NCBI GenBank assembly: GCA_021774255.1
Contig: JAJFJF010000007.1
Span: forward strand, 33,133-97,132
From: Gammaproteobacteria bacterium
GTDB taxonomy: Bacteria; Pseudomonadota; Gammaproteobacteria; JAJFJF01
Reading direction: 5' to 3'
DNA length: 64,000 nucleotides
The stretch's first letter is position 1, and every line of letters starts with the position of its first letter. Positions 19,279 through 30,731 of this stretch are shown here, one piece after another. The translations under genes and the position numbers were made by a program. The notes under the pieces were generated by a model. It made no database searches and was not told where the DNA came from. It was given only the letters and a program-made list of their open reading frames with translations.

Positions 19279-20621
19279 TGAAAACGATTATTTGGCACAG
19301 CCTCTCACCCAGCCAACACACTACCCTGCTGGCACGCCCCGCGCTGGCAGATGCTGCCGCTTTACGTGAGCAAACCCTACAGATTATTGAGCAAACACGT
19401 GCGCAAGGTGATGCCGCGCTGATTGCACTGACTCAAAAATATGACGGTGTGACGCTCACACCAGAGACGCTGCGTGTAGAGGCGAGCACGTTGGCGGCAG
19501 CCGCTGAGAAAATTACCACCGCTGCCAAGCAAGCCATTGACCACGCCTTTGATAACATCACGACTTTTCATCAAGCACAAGTGCCAATGCCAGTGCGCGT
19601 TGAGATACAAGCAGGCATTTGGTGCAGCAAAGCACCGCGCCCTATCGCGCGCGTGGGTTTATATATTCCAGGTGGCACGGCCATACTGCTTTCTACCGTG
19701 CTGATGCTGGGCGTGCCGGCACAACTGGCCGGCTGTGAGCAGCGCGTATTGTGCACGCCACCCAATCAAAGCGGCGACGTTGATCCGCATATTTTGTATG
19801 CCGCGCAGCGCTGTGGTATTACCCAAATTTTTAAAGCCGGTGGCGCGCAAGCGGTTGCCGCCATGGCGTATGGCACAGATACCGTGCCTAAAGTGGATAA
19901 AATCTTTGGCCCCGGCAACGCGTGGGTCACGCAAGCTAAATTGTTGGTTGCACAAGATCCACAAGGCGCTGCCTTTGACTTACCTGCCGGCCCTTCTGAA
20001 GTGATGGTAATTGCAGACAGCAGCGCCAACCCTGCTTTTGTGGCTGCGGATTTACTCTCACAAGCTGAGCATGGCGTAGACTCACAAGCGATTTGTGTGT
20101 GCACTTCAACAGCGCAAGCTGAAAACATTGCCGCCGCAGTCGATGCACAGCTGGCAACATTGCCACGCCAAGCGATTGCCGCACAGGCCTTGCAACATAG
20201 CAGCATTATTGTGGTGGAAGATGTGTCACAAGCCATTAGCATTGCCAATGACTATGCCGCCGAGCATTTGATTTTACAGCTGGATAACGCTGAACAATGG
20301 ATGGAAGCGATCACCGCCGCCGGCTCTGTGTTTTTAGGCCACTTTGCCCCTGAGTCGGTTGGCGATTATGCCAGCGGCACCAATCATGTGTTACCGACTT
20401 ACGGCTATGCCAAAAATTACAGCGGCTTATCGGTCAGTGATTTTATGACACAGATTACCTTTCAATCACTGACAGCAAAAGGTTTACAGCAACTAAGCCA
20501 CACCGTTGAAACCCTAGCAGAAATAGAAGGCTTGGCAGCACATCAACGTGCCGTGAGCCTACGCTGCGACTGTATTGCGGCGCAAGATGCTGATTTGCCC
20601 GCCACTGAAAAAACCATATAG
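19278..20621 (+). CDS. hisD: Histidinol dehydrogenase
   Basis: Conserved 'GLYIPGG', 'SQAEHG', 'GDYASGTNHVLPT' motifs. Confidence 0.9.
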   Translation: MKTIIWHSLSPSQHTTLLARPALADAAALREQTLQIIEQTRAQGDAALIALTQKYDGVTLTPETLRVEASTLAAAAEKITTAAKQAIDHAFDNITTFHQAQVPMPVRVEIQAGIWCSKAPRPIARVGLYIPGGTAILLSTVLMLGVPAQLAGCEQRVLCTPPNQSGDVDPHILYAAQRCGITQIFKAGGAQAVAAMAYGTDTVPKVDKIFGPGNAWVTQAKLLVAQDPQGAAFDLPAGPSEVMVIADSSANPAFVAADLLSQAEHGVDSQAICVCTSTAQAENIAAAVDAQLATLPRQAIAAQALQHSSIIVVEDVSQAISIANDYAAEHLILQLDNAEQWMEAITAAGSVFLGHFAPESVGDYASGTNHVLPTYGYAKNYSGLSVSDFMTQITFQSLTAKGLQQLSHTVETLAEIEGLAAHQRAVSLRCDCIAAQDADLPATEKTI

Positions 20622-20631
20622 AGACACACCC

Positions 20632-21699
20632 ATGGATGCATTGCTTGCCTTAGCGCGACCCGATATTCAAAAACTCGTCCCGTATGTCTCTGCTGGCCAT
20701 GAAAACAGATCTGGCAATATTTACCTTAATGCCAATGAAAATCCTTTTACGCTGAATAGCAGCGCGGCTGATGCAGCTTTTAACCGTTACCCTGCGCCAC
20801 AGCCACCTGAATTAGTCTCTGTTTTGCGTAATCTCTATTCCGTGGATGACACTGCGCTTTTGATCACACGCGGCAGTGACGAAGCGATTGATTTATTATT
20901 GCGCGTGTTTTGCCGTGCGGGCATTGATGCGATATTAACCTGTTCGCCCACTTACGGGATGTACCCTGTTTCGGCAGGCATACAAGGCGCGCGTATTGTG
21001 GATGTGCCCTTGCGCCAAGCAGACGGCTTCAGCATCGACACGCAAGCGATCCTCGAACGCTGGGATGAGACTATCAAGCTTATCTTTCTGTGCTCACCTA
21101 ATAACCCCACGGGCAATGTCTTATCGCGTGATGCTATTTTACATTTGTGTGGTGCTTTAAGTGATAAAGCTTTAGTAGTGGTAGATGAAGCCTATATTGA
21201 ATTTGCTGACACACCCAGCCTCACACAAGACTTAAAAAACAATCCTAATCTTGTGGTGCTGCGCACACTCTCAAAGGCCTATGGTTTGGCGGGTGCGCGC
21301 TGTGGTGCGGTGCTGGCCCACCCGGCTATCATTGCGTTGCTTGCCAAAGTGATCCCGCCCTACCCTTTATCTACACCGACGGTACTGGCTATCCGCGATC
21401 ATCTGACACCTGACTATTTAACCAATGCCACCGCGCAAGTGAAGGTCCTGAATCAAGAGCGTGAACAGCTGCGCGCCTTTCTGAACAATTTGCCTTTTGT
21501 GAAACAGGTTTACCCCAGCGATGCGAATTTTATTTTAGTTGAAGTCAATGATGCCGCTGCTTTAATGCAACACTGTGAAGACGAAGGTGTTATTTTACGT
21601 GACCGTAGCCAAATGCCAGGTTTAGAAAACTGCGTGCGTATTTCCATTGGCACCCCCGAAGAAAATGCTTATTTAAAAGAGGTACTCACCCGTGTCTAA
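20632..21699 (+). CDS. hisC: Histidinol-phosphate aminotransferase
   Basis: PLP aminotransferase class II. Start at [11 protein letters not shown] immediately after the hisD stop. Confidence 0.9.
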   Translation: MDALLALARPDIQKLVPYVSAGHENRSGNIYLNANENPFTLNSSAADAAFNRYPAPQPPELVSVLRNLYSVDDTALLITRGSDEAIDLLLRVFCRAGIDAILTCSPTYGMYPVSAGIQGARIVDVPLRQADGFSIDTQAILERWDETIKLIFLCSPNNPTGNVLSRDAILHLCGALSDKALVVVDEAYIEFADTPSLTQDLKNNPNLVVLRTLSKAYGLAGARCGAVLAHPAIIALLAKVIPPYPLSTPTVLAIRDHLTPDYLTNATAQVKVLNQEREQLRAFLNNLPFVKQVYPSDANFILVEVNDAAALMQHCEDEGVILRDRSQMPGLENCVRISIGTPEENAYLKEVLTRV

Positions 21700-22762
21700 A
21701 CGCAAACTACTCTTTATTGACCGTGATGGTACGTTAATTAATGAACCGGCTGATCAACAGATCGATTGCTTGACCAAACTTGCATTTGAACCGGATGTTA
21801 TCCCTTCTTTACTTGCTTTAAAAAAGGCTGGTTACGGTTTTGTGATGGTCAGTAACCAAGATGGGTTAGGCACCGACTCTCTGCCGCAAGAAAAATTTGA
21901 TCCACCGCATGATTTAATGATGAACATTTTACTGAGCCAAGGCATTGCCTTTGAAGATGTGCATATTTGCCCGCATTTACCCGAAGACAAATGCAAGTGC
22001 CGCAAACCACAGGTGGGGCTACTCTATGACTATTTACGTGATGACAGCCTTGACCGTGCTGGCTCAGCGGTCATTGGCGACAGAGAAACCGATCTGCAAC
22101 TCGCTGAAAATCTCGGTGTGCAAGGCATTTTATATGGCCAGCAACACAGCTGGTCTGATATCGTGCGAGAATTAACCACTCACGCCCGCCGCGCTAACGT
22201 TGAGCGCGTGACCAATGAAACTAATATTAACGTGTCTGTTGATTTAGATCACAGTGGCGACATTCGTGTCAGCACGGGCTTAGGCTTTTTTGATCATATG
22301 CTAGAGCAACTCGCCAAGCACGGTGGTTTTAATGTAGACCTACAAGTCAAAGGCGATCTACACATCGACGAGCATCACACGGTAGAAGATACTGCGCTGG
22401 CGTTAGGGCAAGCCTTACGGGAGGCACTCGGCGACAAACGAGGAATTGGCCGCTATGGTTTCTTACTCCCCATGGACGAAACACTCGCGCAAGTGGCGCT
22501 GGATTTAAGCGGCCGGCCTTATTTTGTATTTGAAGGCAAATTTCCCCGTGATGATATTGGCGAGTTACCGACTGAACTCGTACCACACTTTTTCCGTTCG
22601 TTGAGCGATACACTGGGCGCCAATTTACACCTGCAAGTACAAGGTGATAATACGCACCATATGGTAGAGAGCTTATTTAAAGGCACTGGCCGCGCGTTGC
22701 GTATGGCGTTTCAAAAAACAGATAATAGCGCCGAATTGCCCACGACAAAGGGAACTTTATGA
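21692..22762 (+). CDS. hisB: Bifunctional histidinol-phosphatase / imidazoleglycerol-phosphate dehydratase
   Basis: N-terminal HAD phosphatase ('[10 protein letters not shown]') plus C-terminal IGPD ('[14 protein letters not shown]'). Confidence 0.9.
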   Translation: MSKRKLLFIDRDGTLINEPADQQIDCLTKLAFEPDVIPSLLALKKAGYGFVMVSNQDGLGTDSLPQEKFDPPHDLMMNILLSQGIAFEDVHICPHLPEDKCKCRKPQVGLLYDYLRDDSLDRAGSAVIGDRETDLQLAENLGVQGILYGQQHSWSDIVRELTTHARRANVERVTNETNINVSVDLDHSGDIRVSTGLGFFDHMLEQLAKHGGFNVDLQVKGDLHIDEHHTVEDTALALGQALREALGDKRGIGRYGFLLPMDETLAQVALDLSGRPYFVFEGKFPRDDIGELPTELVPHFFRSLSDTLGANLHLQVQGDNTHHMVESLFKGTGRALRMAFQKTDNSAELPTTKGTL

Positions 22763-23349
22763 TTGCCATCGTTGACAGCGGCGGCGCCAATATCACTTCG
22801 ATCCGCTTTGCCTTTGAGCGTTTAGGTGTGGAAACAGCGCTCACCGCTTGCCCAAAAGTGATACAACAAGCCAGTCATGTCATTTTACCTGGCGTGGGCG
22901 CAGCACAAGACGCCATGGTGCGCCTGGAACAACATGGCTTATGCGATACGCTGCGTTCGCTCACACAGCCAGTGCTGGGGATCTGTTTAGGGATGCAGCT
23001 GCTCTACGATTATTCTGAAGAAGGTGACACCGCGTGTTTAGGCATACTCCCTGGTCGCATCAAAGCCCTACCAGCACAACCCGGTATTACCGTGCCGCAC
23101 ATGGGTTGGAACACACTTCAACAGCAACAGGGATCCCCTTTACTCAAGGGCATTGCTGACAACCGCTACGTCTACTTTGTGCATGGTTTTATTGCGCCTG
23201 TGACTGAGCACAGCTGCGCCACCAGTCACCATGGCCAAACGTTTACGGCTATTACCCAAAAAGACAATTTTTTCGGCGCCCAGTTTCACCCTGAACGCTC
23301 AGGCGCCGCGGGTGCGCAGATCCTGAAAAACTTTTACGAGGCCTGTTAA
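22759..23349 (+). CDS. hisH: Imidazole glycerol phosphate synthase, glutamine amidotransferase subunit
   Basis: Class I GATase ('GICLGMQ'). Translationally coupled to hisB. Confidence 0.9.
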   Translation: MIAIVDSGGANITSIRFAFERLGVETALTACPKVIQQASHVILPGVGAAQDAMVRLEQHGLCDTLRSLTQPVLGICLGMQLLYDYSEEGDTACLGILPGRIKALPAQPGITVPHMGWNTLQQQQGSPLLKGIADNRYVYFVHGFIAPVTEHSCATSHHGQTFTAITQKDNFFGAQFHPERSGAAGAQILKNFYEAC

Positions 23350-23360
23350 GGAAAACCATC

Positions 23361-24089
23361 ATGGAAATTTACCCCGCCATCGACTTACGCGCCGGCCAAT
23401 GTGTACGCTTACTCAAAGGTGATTTTAATCAAGCCACACATTACCATGATGATCCACTCGCCATGGCAGATGACTTTGCTGCGCAAGGTGCAAAATGGCT
23501 GCATGTCATTGATTTAGACGGCGCCGAGCAAGGTAAAACACAACAAAGCAAGATTATTAAAAAAATCGTGCGCCATACTGATTTGCTTGTGCAGGTGGGC
23601 GGTGGCATTCGCAAAACCGATCACATCAAACAATTGCTCGATAGCGGCGCTTCTCGCGTGATCATCGGCAGCTTAGCCGTTTCAGCACCTGATACCGTGA
23701 TGAAATGGTTTAAGCAATTTGGCAGCGAGCATATCGTGTTGGCACTGGATATTCGTTACCACACCGATAAACAGCCTTATATTGCCACCCACGGTTGGCA
23801 AGACTTAAGTGATATCAAGCTATTTGACTTGATCGCGCAGTATCAATCTGCAGGCTTAAAGCATATTTTATGTACCGATATTGATCGCGATGGTACTTTA
23901 GAAGGCCCTAATCTTAACCTATACCACAGCTTAACAGAGCAGTTTCCTGAACTGCATCTGCAGGCCTCGGGGGGCATTGGGCAACTCAGCGATTTAGAAA
24001 AATTACGCAGGATCCCTGCCGCAGGCGCGATTGTTGGTCGCGCGCTTTATGAAAAAAAATTTACTTTGCAAGAAGCCTTAACATGCTAG
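23361..24089 (+). CDS. hisA: ProFAR isomerase
   Basis: TIM-barrel HisA motifs ('IYPAIDL', 'VQVGGGIR'). Confidence 0.9.
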   Translation: MEIYPAIDLRAGQCVRLLKGDFNQATHYHDDPLAMADDFAAQGAKWLHVIDLDGAEQGKTQQSKIIKKIVRHTDLLVQVGGGIRKTDHIKQLLDSGASRVIIGSLAVSAPDTVMKWFKQFGSEHIVLALDIRYHTDKQPYIATHGWQDLSDIKLFDLIAQYQSAGLKHILCTDIDRDGTLEGPNLNLYHSLTEQFPELHLQASGGIGQLSDLEKLRRIPAAGAIVGRALYEKKFTLQEALTC

Positions 24090-24850
24090 CAAAACGTATT
24101 ATCCCTTGTTTAGATGTCAGAGACGGTCAAGTCGTCAAAGGCGTGCGCTTTCGTGAGCACCGTGTTGTGGGTGATATTATTGAATTGGCGCAGCGCTATC
24201 AACAAGCCGGCGCTGATGAGCTTGTGTTTTATGACATCACAGCCAGCACGCAAGCACGCACCGCCGATCCGGCGTGGATTAGCGCGATTGCACGCGTGAT
24301 TGACATCCCCTTTTGTGTGGCGGGCGGCATTCGCGACATTGAAAGCGCGCGCACGATTTTGCACGCGGGTGCTGATAAAATTTCAATTAACTCCCCTGCG
24401 CTGGAAAATCCTGATTTGATCAGCGCACTGGCCCGCACTTTTGGCCAGCAATGCGTCGTCGTCGGCATTGATAGCCATCAAACAGACAATGATTATTACG
24501 TGCATCAATATACGGGCGACGAAAGCACACAACGTGCCACTGCGCGCCGTACCTTTGATTGGGTAAAAGAAGTCGAAAGTTTGGGCGCCGGCGAAATTGT
24601 ATTAAACTGCATGAATCAAGACGGCGTGCGTGAAGGTTATGACATTGCGCAATTGCATGCCGTACGCCAGCAAACCTCGCTACCACTCATCGCCTCGGGC
24701 GGCGCAGGTAGCCAAGATCATTTCGCCCAAGTTTTCACCCAAGCGGATGTCGATGGCGCCTTAGCCGCCAGCGTCTTCCACAGTGGTGAACTGCCCATTT
24801 CAGACTTAAAACAATTTCTCGCAGAACAGAATATCGAGGTAAGACAATGA
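24083..24850 (+). CDS. hisF: Imidazole glycerol phosphate synthase, cyclase subunit
   Basis: 'RIIPCLDV...GQVVKG', 'CVAGGIR' motifs. Confidence 0.9.
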   Translation: MLAKRIIPCLDVRDGQVVKGVRFREHRVVGDIIELAQRYQQAGADELVFYDITASTQARTADPAWISAIARVIDIPFCVAGGIRDIESARTILHAGADKISINSPALENPDLISALARTFGQQCVVVGIDSHQTDNDYYVHQYTGDESTQRATARRTFDWVKEVESLGAGEIVLNCMNQDGVREGYDIAQLHAVRQQTSLPLIASGGAGSQDHFAQVFTQADVDGALAASVFHSGELPISDLKQFLAEQNIEVRQ

Positions 24851-25452
24851 GTGCACCACTTCATGAACAATTAGATTGGGATAAACAAGCAGGTTTAATG
24901 CCTGCCGTGGTACAAGATGCTGATACCTTGCAAGTGCTCATGTTAGGCTATATGAATGCTGAAGCCTTAAAGCAGACACTCGCCAGCCAGCAAGTGACTT
25001 TCTACAGCCGCAGCAAACAGCGTCTTTGGACCAAAGGCGAAACCTCAGGTAATACGCTGCAGCTTATTGATATCATGCCCGACTGCGACAACGACACCCT
25101 ACTCGTTCGCGCCAAACCCACCGGCCCCAGCTGTCACCTTAACAACACCAGCTGCTTTGGCACCCTCGATGCCCCGGGTGTGGGTTTTTTAAGCAAGCTT
25201 GCCGGCACCATTGCCCAGCGCCATGAGACCCGCCCAGAGAAGAGCTATACCACCACGCTGTTTGAAGCAGGTGTTAAGCGCATTGCGCAGAAAGTCGGTG
25301 AAGAAGGCGTGGAAGTGGCGCTTGCCGCCATGACCGACTCTCGCGAAGAGCTCACTGCTGAGGCCGCTGACTTGCTCTATCACCTGCTCGTGCTGTTAAA
25401 AGCCAAAGACATCCCGCTTTCTGACGTGATGTCTCTGCTACAAAGCCGCTAA
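24847..25452 (+). CDS. hisI: Bifunctional phosphoribosyl-AMP cyclohydrolase / phosphoribosyl-ATP pyrophosphatase
   Basis: HisI N-terminal and HisE C-terminal domains. Last gene of the operon. Confidence 0.9.
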   Translation: MSAPLHEQLDWDKQAGLMPAVVQDADTLQVLMLGYMNAEALKQTLASQQVTFYSRSKQRLWTKGETSGNTLQLIDIMPDCDNDTLLVRAKPTGPSCHLNNTSCFGTLDAPGVGFLSKLAGTIAQRHETRPEKSYTTTLFEAGVKRIAQKVGEEGVEVALAAMTDSREELTAEAADLLYHLLVLLKAKDIPLSDVMSLLQSR

Positions 25453-25475
25453 TCACCACCCCTTCCCATCTGGCT

Positions 25476-25507
25476 CGCTAGGCTTATTTAACACAACAAG
25501 CCTAGCG
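25476..25507. other. Perfect 10-bp inverted repeat hairpin (CGCTAGGCTT / AAGCCTAGCG, 12-nt loop) downstream of hisIE, no U-tract
   Basis: cgctaggctt-atttaacacaac-aagcctagcg. Confidence 0.35.
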
Positions 25508-25684
25508 CCTATTGTTCCCTGAAACAGCGTCACCAAAAAATTTCTTTTATTATCAGCTGGTTATCAAAGGTTCGCGCCTCTCCAGCAGGCAAGTCATAAC
25601 CTTCTGAGTTAAAACATTTTAAGTTAACGTATTTTGAGTTAAAACACTTTGACTCAGTTGCTTACGAGTTATGAGGAAAGGTAT

Positions 25685-26359
25685 TTAAAGCAGATGCAAA
25701 ATATAATCATCACCCGCTTTCCAGCTGCGCTTGGTAAGCGGGTTGCTGGTGCAATATTTTGCTGCATCAAAATCAACATAACGATACATGAGATGATCAT
25801 CGCGCCCTTTCGGGATCCCCAAACGGCGCGTGTTAATTAACTTTTTCGGTCGATAGCCCACATCTTCCACATAAAATGTTTTCTTGTCGAAAGGCTGTGC
25901 GTTCCACTGTGGTACTTTTAAATTTAATGATTTACACATCAAGGTTTGGCCTGCACAAAGCTTATGCAGTGGCCTTGTTTCACCCGACGGCAGCGGATTT
26001 AAAACCTGCATGGCTTCAATTGTTTTTTGAGGTGAACGCCTGTCGGTATGCGGGTAAGCGGATTTTACCAGCACCGCATTGCCCTCACCCCCACAGCTGA
26101 TATTGAGCGAATCGCCCCCGCGCGAGTAGTACATATAAATCGTGCCGGCCGCCATAAACATCGCGCGCCGGCTGGGCGTATGCCCTTTTGAAGAATGACT
26201 GGCTTTTTCATTTAAGTAATAACTTTCAGTTTCAATAATACGCGCCGCCAACCATTGCCCTTGGTAGCGATGTCGCAGCACTTTACCAATCAACTCTTGG
26301 GCAACAATACACGCATCCCGGTTAAAAAAGTCTTTTGTTAGCATGAAGTCATTGTGCAA
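25685..26359 (-). CDS. Methylpurine (3-methyladenine) DNA glycosylase, Mpg/AAG family
   Basis: Family features 'ARIIETESY', 'SHS..GHTPSRRAMF', 'GTIYMYY'. Confidence 0.75.
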   Translation of the reverse strand: MHNDFMLTKDFFNRDACIVAQELIGKVLRHRYQGQWLAARIIETESYYLNEKASHSSKGHTPSRRAMFMAAGTIYMYYSRGGDSLNISCGGEGNAVLVKSAYPHTDRRSPQKTIEAMQVLNPLPSGETRPLHKLCAGQTLMCKSLNLKVPQWNAQPFDKKTFYVEDVGYRPKKLINTRRLGIPKGRDDHLMYRYVDFDAAKYCTSNPLTKRSWKAGDDYILHLL

Positions 26360-26499
26360 TAGCGGCTAAAAATTTTCCACTGCCATCAATCTAAAACTTA
26401 CCCGTGGTTGTTACTCCACTTGTGTAGATAGAAAGTTTACTAAACATTTTCTGTTCTCTTTTTGAGAAAAACCACTGACATCCCTCTTCCGCCTTTAAA

Positions 26500-28218
26500 A
26501 TGACAACGCTCAAGTACTGTTTTCTACTCGTGCTTCTTCTAAGCTGCAAGATCAACAGCAGCAAAGGCCAAACACCCATAAGCAGCTGCAGCCTCTGGAC
26601 CAGCACGCTGGGGGCAAATCTTGGGGGAAGCTTTATCCTCACAGCAGATCTCGATTGCTCAATGCTTACCCTAGCACCCATTGGCTCAACATCAAACTGT
26701 TTTACCGGCACGCTAGAAGGCAATGGCTACAAAATCATCGCCCCAACCATTGATCAAGTTAACCGCTTTGACACTGCTTTATTTGCTTGCCTCGCAGGCG
26801 CTAGCATTGGTAATGTGATGATAGAACAGCCAAGCGTCGACTGGGCAGCTACGCGATCAGATCGGCTTGGCTTCTTAGCGGGCAGTGCCCTCAACACTGA
26901 CATTCACAACTGCACAGTGAATGGCGGCCTGCTAGATCTTAATAACGGCGACCGAGGTGGCAGCGCAGTAGGCGCTTTGGTTGGTCGCTTTGAAGGAGGC
27001 TCTATAACAGGTTGCGGTGTACTTAATACTCTCGTAGGCTCAGACAACACAAACACCGTCGGCATCCTTGTCGGAGAATTGCTCGGCAGCGCACTACTTG
27101 ATGGTTGTTACAGTGCCAATAATGAAGTCTGGGCTTTCCAACTCGCGGGCAGCATGATTGGCACTTGTGTTGCCTCAATAGTCACAAGAAGTTTTTCATC
27201 AGACACTGATCTCATCACCGTTGTACAAGATAAGGGCGCTGGTTTTGCTGGCTCTTCTTGCAGCTGCACATTTGGAAATGATTACTCTCTATCTACTGTT
27301 CATGGACCTAACAGTGTTTCAACGGTTGCAGGATTTCTTGGACAAGCCATTGCAGAAACACAAACAGGCGCAGGTGATTGCACAGAGACGATTATTAATA
27401 ATTGCTACCGCGCAGGCAGGCTAAACGCCACTGGACTGAGTGGATTTTTTGGCCAAGGTGATGCCGTTGGCGGTAATTGCAACACCCTTTTTTGGGACGA
27501 GCAATTGGACTTTTCTCCTTCGTGCCCCTCGTCCCCGCCTGCTGCAACTTGCGATCCCTATGCCATCCCACTTTGCACAGATGCTATGCAGAGCCCGACA
27601 ACCTACACAACAGCAAATTGGCCTGAAACAACTTGGCTGTTGCTTGAAGGAGAATATCCTAGTCTGCAAAGCGTTTCCTTTGAAACGCAAACGTTTTCTT
27701 CGTCCCCAAGTAGGTCAGAAAGTATGTCAGCATCACCTTCACAATCACAGTCATCTTCGCCTAGTCAATCGCAAAGTATGTCAGCATCGGCATCGCCTAC
27801 ACCAGAGCCTCCCGCAAAAGATTGCGAACTTGATGGTTTGGAATACACAACTATTGTGCTTTGTTCACTCTTCTTCGGCTTCTTTCTAACTATTGTAGCT
27901 GGCTATCATTCTGCTTATTTATGGGATCATTATCAAAATTTTAGTCAGAATATACAATCTCAGCGCACAGTGAGAATCTTTCTTGCTGCATTTCTTATTA
28001 GCATTGTGTTTGTTTTTGCTTCGCTTTCTGTGGACCAAGGTAGAGCAGATGAGAGTCAACAAAAAGCCTGTATAAACACAGCTGCTCGTGCCACATTTTT
28101 TAGTGTTTTAAGTGCATTAACGGGAGTGATATTAGGCTATATTGGTAATGAAATAAGAAAACATTTCAAAGCGCAAAGAGCCAGACGCCGCGCTGTCGGG
28201 CAAACCCCTCTCCAATAA
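26500..28218 (+). CDS. Surface protein with signal peptide, GLUG-type N-terminal module, Ser-rich (SPSQSQS) linker and C-terminal multi-TM anchor
   Basis: N-terminal 'C..L......DLDCS....PIG....FTGTLEGNGYKI' module shared with the other GLUG proteins. Tandem SQSxS repeats. Hydrophobic C-terminus. Confidence 0.75.
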   Translation: MTTLKYCFLLVLLLSCKINSSKGQTPISSCSLWTSTLGANLGGSFILTADLDCSMLTLAPIGSTSNCFTGTLEGNGYKIIAPTIDQVNRFDTALFACLAGASIGNVMIEQPSVDWAATRSDRLGFLAGSALNTDIHNCTVNGGLLDLNNGDRGGSAVGALVGRFEGGSITGCGVLNTLVGSDNTNTVGILVGELLGSALLDGCYSANNEVWAFQLAGSMIGTCVASIVTRSFSSDTDLITVVQDKGAGFAGSSCSCTFGNDYSLSTVHGPNSVSTVAGFLGQAIAETQTGAGDCTETIINNCYRAGRLNATGLSGFFGQGDAVGGNCNTLFWDEQLDFSPSCPSSPPAATCDPYAIPLCTDAMQSPTTYTTANWPETTWLLLEGEYPSLQSVSFETQTFSSSPSRSESMSASPSQSQSSSPSQSQSMSASASPTPEPPAKDCELDGLEYTTIVLCSLFFGFFLTIVAGYHSAYLWDHYQNFSQNIQSQRTVRIFLAAFLISIVFVFASLSVDQGRADESQQKACINTAARATFFSVLSALTGVILGYIGNEIRKHFKAQRARRRAVGQTPLQ

Positions 28219-28734
28219 CAACACAGCCACCATCTGGAACAGGAGCAGCAACTACCTCCACCACTGCTTCAGCAAGTGGTGCTCATACCTAATCCCCCTT
28301 CCAAGGCAAGCGAACCAGTGTCCGATCTCCCATCAGACATCCCTGCTCAATTTGGATGACCAGTCTCTGCGCTGTCACCCCTAGAAACTAGCAACACAGC
28401 CCCTGGTCACGCGCACTTTTCAGTGCGAACACTTTTTGCTAAATGATGGTCTCAAGCTTGAGGTGCAACACTGGAGGGTTAATGTGAGTCATCATACAAG
28501 ATTGGGAACACTTACCCGGAGGTATTGCACTTACTAATTGAATCCAAGGGAAAAAAAAAGAAAAATACTTTGTTATTTTGCTAAATAATTTTTATCCCTA
28601 ATTTCTATACAAAAGCCACAATAGCATTGTTAATTTTTCCACTTTATTCCCGATAGAACTGTTTTTTATGCCTCTTATACCTGAAAAACTGTAAAGTACA
28701 CTTTGCAGTTTTGGGGTGATTTTGTAATGTGCTC

Positions 28735-28775
28735 TTGACATTTTTCATGTCAGATTGCAGTAAAAATTACTGCAA
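28735..28775 (+). promoter_or_regulatory. TTGACA -35-like box followed by a perfect 9-3-9 palindrome TTGCAGTAA-AAA-TTACTGCAA (candidate operator) in an 820-bp AT-rich intergenic region
   Basis: tcttgaca...attgcagtaaaaattactgcaatg. A second imperfect palindrome, CTGTAAAGTACACTTTGCAG, lies at 28688-28707. Confidence 0.3.
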
Positions 28776-29040
28776 TGACTAGGTTAAAAAGAGAAGAAAT
28801 AATGAAAAAACTTATTATTAAACAACAGATAATGTTAATTTTTCATTAAATGATGGCCTGCATCCTATCTCAGCTGGTACTTGAAAAACAGATACCTTTG
28901 CTTTAATTTACTCTTTTTGAGAAACAGAATAGTTTAAATTAACACCTGACTTTAGCTTAACAAGCAAAATTATAGTAATTAATATAACTTAAAATGAGCT
29001 GATATACGCTATCGCTCTATGCCACACAGGATGACATACC

Positions 29041-30603
29041 ATGCTTACAAATAAAAAAACGTCTATCAGTATTAGTGCGCTAATATCTTTGACCCTCACA
29101 ACCCTTGCGTCGTACGCAAGCTCCAATGATTACCTTCCTGTAATTAGCATCTCAAATTGCGCTGAGCTGCAAACAGCATTATTGGAGCAGCCGCAAGCTA
29201 ACTATGAGCTAAGCACAAGCTTCAGTTGCGAAGGATACGACTTTGGTGACGGCCTTGGTTTTATGCCTATTGGTAGCGAACATATCCCTTTTACGGGTTC
29301 GCTTGATGGCAACGGCCACACCATCAGCCACTTACACATTCACAGAAATTCATTAGATTGTACCGGATTATTTGGCTACGCAGTGGGTGGTACTATTAAA
29401 AATTTATCTCTGACTGCTGTCGAGATTAATGGTCACTCATTTGTTGGTGGTTTGATTGGATGTGGTGAAAAGTTGAACATTGAAGATGTCAATATCTCTG
29501 GAAAAGTAGCTGGCTTTATCGACGAGCAAAATCCCAGCTACTATACGGCTAACCATATCGGTGGCCTAATAGGCCACAGCGAACAAGGCTCCTTATATAA
29601 TATTTCAACTGATGTTGAAGTGTCGGGCACTATTGGTGTCAGTGGAATAGCGGGCTACAGCAAAGAAAACTCTATATCTGATATTTTAGTTAACGCTGAT
29701 ATACTTGGCTATCAGTCTCTTGGCGGAGTAGTTGGTTATAGTGATACCAATATGATCAGTCATAGCGATGTATCAGGCATGCTAACGGCTACTCTTTTTA
29801 ATCTTTCTGGCTATGCAGGAGGACTGGTAGGTTATGACCGCGGCAGCAGTCACATATTTAACACCCACACTGTAGTAACCATCAGAGGAGAGATACGACT
29901 AGGTGGATTAGTTGGATATGCGCACCTTGGAGGATTAACCGTTACAGCTAGCAGTGCCACAGGAGAAATTATTCAGACTGGCAGCCCGCCTTGCGCTAAC
30001 ATCGGAGGACTTATTGGCACAGCGTATAGCACTACTATTGTTGACAGTGCTGCTACTACCAATGTGATAGCCAACACATCCGGAAATACAGGCAACTTTG
30101 TCGGGGGGTTAGTAGGCTCCATGAGTGGTGCTGTTTACAACAGTTATGCTGAAGGTACCGTTATTGGTTACAGCGGCGTTGGAGGTCTATATGGGTATAA
30201 CAATGGTGCGTTTACTACAGATAGCTATGCAACAGGTAGCGTTTCTGGTGTTCAGCGTGTTGGAGGATTAATCGGATACCGTGCTGGTGGCTCAATCAAT
30301 AATAGTTATGCTACGGGTCATGTCTCTGGTGATGACTTAGAGACTACTGGTGGCCTAGTTGGCTTCGAGCGTAGCACTACAGCACAAACCATTAATAATA
30401 GCTATTGGAATATAGAAACCACTGGGCAAACAAGCTCAGCCGGTGGTGGAATAGGTATAAATACAACGCAAGAGATGCAACAAAGAATGACTTACTCAGG
30501 GTGGGACTTTTGGGGATACAGTGAAACACCTGTTTGGGTAATCGACGAAGGAAAAGATTACCCTCGCCTCTTGTGGGAATTTACAACGACTGAAGAGAAT
30601 TGA
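29041..30603 (+). CDS. Secreted GLUG-repeat protein (about 10 GG[LV][IV]G repeats)
   Basis: RBS AGGATGA. Signal peptide. Repeats VGGLIGCGE / IGGLIGHSE / AGGLVGYDRG / VGGLVGSMSG and others. Confidence 0.85.
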   Translation: MLTNKKTSISISALISLTLTTLASYASSNDYLPVISISNCAELQTALLEQPQANYELSTSFSCEGYDFGDGLGFMPIGSEHIPFTGSLDGNGHTISHLHIHRNSLDCTGLFGYAVGGTIKNLSLTAVEINGHSFVGGLIGCGEKLNIEDVNISGKVAGFIDEQNPSYYTANHIGGLIGHSEQGSLYNISTDVEVSGTIGVSGIAGYSKENSISDILVNADILGYQSLGGVVGYSDTNMISHSDVSGMLTATLFNLSGYAGGLVGYDRGSSHIFNTHTVVTIRGEIRLGGLVGYAHLGGLTVTASSATGEIIQTGSPPCANIGGLIGTAYSTTIVDSAATTNVIANTSGNTGNFVGGLVGSMSGAVYNSYAEGTVIGYSGVGGLYGYNNGAFTTDSYATGSVSGVQRVGGLIGYRAGGSINNSYATGHVSGDDLETTGGLVGFERSTTAQTINNSYWNIETTGQTSSAGGGIGINTTQEMQQRMTYSGWDFWGYSETPVWVIDEGKDYPRLLWEFTTTEEN

Positions 30604-30675
30604 GCAGGCAATACTTACAGCCGCATTCTTAAACTTCCCCAGTGCAGAAAACAAAATAAATTTGCCTTCCATCAA

Positions 30676-30704
30676 TAAAAAAGCCCCATTCAATGGGGCT
30701 TTTG
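30676..30704. terminator. Bidirectional rho-independent terminator
   Basis: aaaaaagccccattcaatggggcttttg: 7-bp stem flanked by an A-run and a T-run. Confidence 0.7.
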
Positions 30705-30731
30705 CAAAACTACCTGGCGGCTGCCAGTGTC

